A DNA stretch of 64,000 bases. Origin: Selaginella moellendorffii. Lineage: Eukaryota; Plantae; Lycopodiophyta. A model generated the notes under the pieces. The model had not been told where the DNA came from. It did no database searches and saw nothing but the letters and a program-made list of their open reading frames with translations. Every line of letters starts with the position of its first letter. Position 1 is the stretch's first letter. The stretch is taken from NCBI RefSeq assembly GCF_000143415.4, contig NW_003314332.1, positions 558,001 through 622,000 of the forward strand, written 5' to 3'. Positions 60,091 through 64,000 of this stretch are shown one piece after another. A program made the translations under genes and the position numbers.

Positions 60091-61989
60091 CTTCATGGCC
60101 GGGACTCATTTTGTATCGCAATGCAGCATTTGTGTCGATCGTTACAGGCGCTGCCGCGCGATTTTGCTCGAGACCGACATCGAAGTACGAAGGACAAGAA
60201 CTTCTCAAGATCGGCGACATAGAACACGTTTGGACTCTACAATTACAAGGTTCGTCGCAGTGATTTCTCTTTTAGAAAAATTTCACGAAGTTCTTCCTTC
60301 CATTCTTTTCGTTTTTGGCGATGAAACGAATCCAGGCAGTCGTAGGACAAGTCCGTTCGAAAAATCCTCGGTGATGGAAGAGCTCTCAGATTCAGTGGCA
60401 CAAGGTTGCTGTCTACCCGAGAAATGAGTAAAGGGTAAGGGAAAATCAATTCTCATGAAACGATTCCTGATATTCGCTGAAATTCCTCACCCCCCGCGGT
60501 AAACTCTACGCCTGTGCAAAACGTTAGCAGCATAGAAGTCGCAGGCCAGCTGAGTTTGCTCGAAGACAAGTGTTTTCTAGCATTGAACTTTGATATTCCA
60601 GAAGTTAAATGACAAGATGGACACAATGGAAGCGCCATTCAAAGAGCACGAAACGTCACGAGTACGAGGCCAGTCGGGAAGAAATGCGGGTAATTTATTC
60701 CATGTCGTTGCTATTGAGCTGTTTCGTTTGATTTTACAGAACAAAAACATGTAAGATCAAAATTTCAAGCACACCAGAGTTTAAGATTCCCTTGTCGAGT
60801 ACAGAGACCAAGACACAAGCGTTTAGGAAGATGTTTGACAAGAGCAAGATTAATTGAACAAAGAATGAGAAAGGTCATGTATATACATGACAACATATCT
60901 TCCTGGCGAGCGAAGATTGGAACCAACAGGTGGCTGAGTCGGAGTGGGATGGAATCAACAAGGCTCTTCGAGCAGAAGGACTACGTAAACGGACACTATG
61001 AGGGCCTGTTGAGCTTCAGGAATTGCGAAAAAAAGTACGAATGTTTGCCCAAAAGATAAGAGACTAATCTCCGATTGCGCTGCTGCAGGAGATATCAAGA
61101 ACCAGCGAAGACATAAGCATAGAGCTGACTTCGCTGCTCAAACCTTCGGAGCGGATCATGAGATTTGGAGACGTGAACTGCTCACAAAGGAATTCCACAG
61201 ATCTTTACGAACAGCTGGAACCCGAGCACGACAAAATCTTTCCGTTTGATCCGTTACTAGAATTGGATGGTGAGCGGATTTGGACTCGTTCTCACATCTC
61301 GTGGCATACAGGAACGGACGCCATTCAGCCTGATAGCAGCATCGTCGAGGCAAACAAAGAAGTATAGCGTCGCTATTGCAGACAAACCACGGGTTTTGAA
61401 GTTCCACGATACACAGAAGAAAGAGGCTGAAACTTTACCGGGTGGCTGTATATGCAACTGATTGCTCTGGGGTCGAAGTCTAGGAGTGGAACTACCTTTC
61501 TCGGTTTCAAAAGCGACACAACAAGGTAGCTGTGATGCAAATTCTTTTGATCGGTTTTCGCTTGCTTCTTGTCAAAGGTTCTCCAGGATAAAATGACGGA
61601 AAAGAAACGCGTCTGGGGAGGCTCCAAACTGCACTACAGCAGTACTTGGATGGTATCACTGTCAATGAGAATGCTATCAGGTCTTCGTTTTCAATATTAT
61701 CAGGCATCTAAAACAATTTCTCTCATCTTCCGCTCAAGAGACCATGGTAGAGAGGTTTTCTTGCTGTCTAGAGGCTGCAAGCCCCTAGCAAAGAAGAGGA
61801 GCCTCATGAAGACTAAAGAGACACTGGGCTATCTTCTAAGGGAATGTGAAGCATCATAGGCTGGCAAAGAGGCGCTTGCTTTGCTGTTAGCAACAAACGC
61901 CCAGGTAAGGCACTTGCTGTAGATTGTACGAGAAAACTATGCTTGTGAGAAGCACTCTCAACTTAAAAGAAAAGGAATGGAATGGATGT

Positions 61990-64000
61990 TTATTGTGGAT
62001 TGGGAGGCCTGCTGTTAGCAGAGGACACTCGGCTTCCCCACTCGAGGAGCTCCTTGCTCGTATCATCTTTGTGAACAATGCACTCTAGAAAACAAAGGCT
62101 GTCCTTCTTCTCGCCCTGAGCTTTGGCTATAGCTTCGATAAGATCCTTCTCATTTCGCACCTGAGGAAACAAATAAAAAGACTTGAGTCTAGAAAATGAT
62201 AGAACTACAGGCCTACCTTTGCAGTCCAGCATTTGCCTTCATTGTTGTGAAACGCATCCACAACTCCGGTGTAGTTCCAGTTCTTGATGATGTTGTAGGG
62301 GCCATCGTGGATCTCAACTTCAATGGTGTAGCCTCCGTTGTTTATCAGAAAGATGATGTTCTTCTGGCCATATCGGATCATGGTAGACACATCCTGAGCA
62401 GTCACCTGGATTCACGATCTCTCGTGCGTAAAAACCTTGAGACTACTAAAAGGTTGTGATGAATACCTGAAAACTTCCGTCTCCAATGCATGAGATGACA
62501 CGCTTGTCTTTGGCCGCTTGAGCGTATCCCAAGGTAGCTCCAACTGACCATCCAATTGATCCATATTGCATCTGGAACTCAAAGCTTTTTTCGACAAGAT
62601 GGAATGAGTTTCGATCGAGGAGATAAGTTCATCGTGTCTTACCCGCATCCATCAGGGAGCTTAAGCTTCTGGCAATTGAACCAAGAATCACCAGTCTCAG
62701 CAATCACTGCACTGTCCTTGGACAGCATCTCCTGAACCAAAACAACAAGCTTCCAACGTGAGAAAGGCAAGAGTTCGTGTACAAATCAAACACCTGGAAC
62801 AAGCGCTTTACCTGGATGTGCTTGAAGAGGACATTGACACGAAGAGCATCCGTGCTGCCGTGTGTCACAACGTGTCCCTCAGGAACATACATCCTCTGGA
62901 AGTTTTGGTAAGAAGTGTCGTTCTTGCGGAGCTTTTTGGCCAGAGCCTTGAGGAAATCTCGCATGACAATGCAACCAAACGAGAGGCGACCTCCGATGGT
63001 CACCCTCTCGCTTTGCACCATGATAACCTTCTCCTTTTTGATGAGCAACGAGTAGCCAACAGAGCTGTAATCGTTGAAAACCGGTCCGGCAAAGAGATAG
63101 GCGTCGGCCGACTCGACGATCTCGCAGCAATAAGGAGTGCTCACGGCTCCCCAGTAAGTTCCAATGAATCGAGGATGGGACTCTGGGAAGTAGCCCTTGG
63201 CGGATGGCATCACGGCAACCGGGTAGCTGCAAGCATCGGCGAGCTCCACAAACTCGTCCACCGCTCGGCAAGCTTTGAGCTTGTTGCCAGCCACGAGCAC
63301 CGGCTTGACTGCCGCGTTTAGAAACTCCGCGGCGGCAGTCACTGCCGCTTCCAAGCTCTGGTAGTTGCTCATCCTGGCGAGAAGAGCAAGGAAAACGAGA
63401 GTGTCAACTTTACGTTTGGATCGATCGGTCACCTGGGCGAGAGCGCGTAAGGAACCGGTTCTTTGCTGAAAGTTGGATGCTCGAGGCCGGCGAGGTTGCA
63501 GCAAACGCTGATGTAGACGGGCTTGCTCTCGCGAAGAGCAGTAGAAATCGCTCCATCGATGAGCTCGTGCGCGTCTTCCAGGTGCTGGATCACGGCCTGT
63601 GGAAAAACTTTAGCATAGAGAAAGAAGATAGAACAACTAAAGATCTTGGCTATGGCTTCTCTAGATTACCTGTGCGCACGTCACAGCTTGGAAGCAGCGA
63701 AGCTCCTGGCTGAAATCCGGGATGCCAATGGTGTGGTGGAGGATCCGGTTGGTCCCATAGTCATTGGAATTGGGGCCTCCCACTATACAAATCACTGGCA
63801 AGTTCTCGCTGTAAGCTCCAGCGATGGCGTTGAGGACGCTCAATCCCCCGACCGTGAAGGTGACGGCGCACGCCCCAACCCCGCGGGATCGAGCGTAGCC
63901 ATCGGCGGCGTAGCCAGCGTTGAGCTCGTTGCAGCAGCCCACCAGCGAGAGGCCTGGATGGTAGATGAGCTGATCCAGGAGAACCAGATTGAAATCCCCT
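61990..64000 (-). CDS. PDC: Pyruvate decarboxylase, multi-exon, 5' end outside the window
   Basis: [81 protein letters not shown]-terminus [19 protein letters not shown]. Confidence 0.97.

Noticed and set aside
60780-61860. Coding-like fragments between the DUF506 remnant and PDC
   Set aside because: Fragmented, with no family recognised.

Overview
Gene-dense plant nuclear DNA. The 45-70 nt GT-AG introns, GC-rich exons and a PPR built from ~31-aa short motifs point to a lycophyte such as Selaginella; this is an inference. Apparently intact genes: a secreted LRR protein, an atypical PEBP (FT/MFT-like) with a signal peptide, a PPR-E protein, U2AF35, two tandem DUF630/DUF632 genes, an L-gulonolactone oxidase-like gene, a DUF506 gene, an intronless 513-aa membrane protein I cannot assign to a family, and the 3' part of pyruvate decarboxylase. 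Between them lie many decayed gene fragments: sucrose-phosphatase C-terminus, MYB-CC, kelch/DUF4110, RBM22, malectin-like, GDSL, FtsJ, CNX1 and two P-loop proteins. Mobile DNA includes a full-length chromodomain Ty3/gypsy element (11721-19231) nested in an older gypsy, Cassandra-like TRIMs whose LTRs carry a 5S rRNA promoter region, a TRIM with tandem ABRE/G-box motifs, and an AT-rich field of decayed gypsy remnants. The main leads are: (1) a 47-nt GT-AG intron-like insertion with a branch point and a 4-bp duplication inside the retrotransposon integrase, whose removal restores the local reading frame; (2) the 5S-bearing TRIMs; (3) the apparently secreted PEBP; (4) a ~1.3-kb inversion that swapped the 5' ends of two head-to-head genes. 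All homology calls come from recalled motifs, not from database searches.
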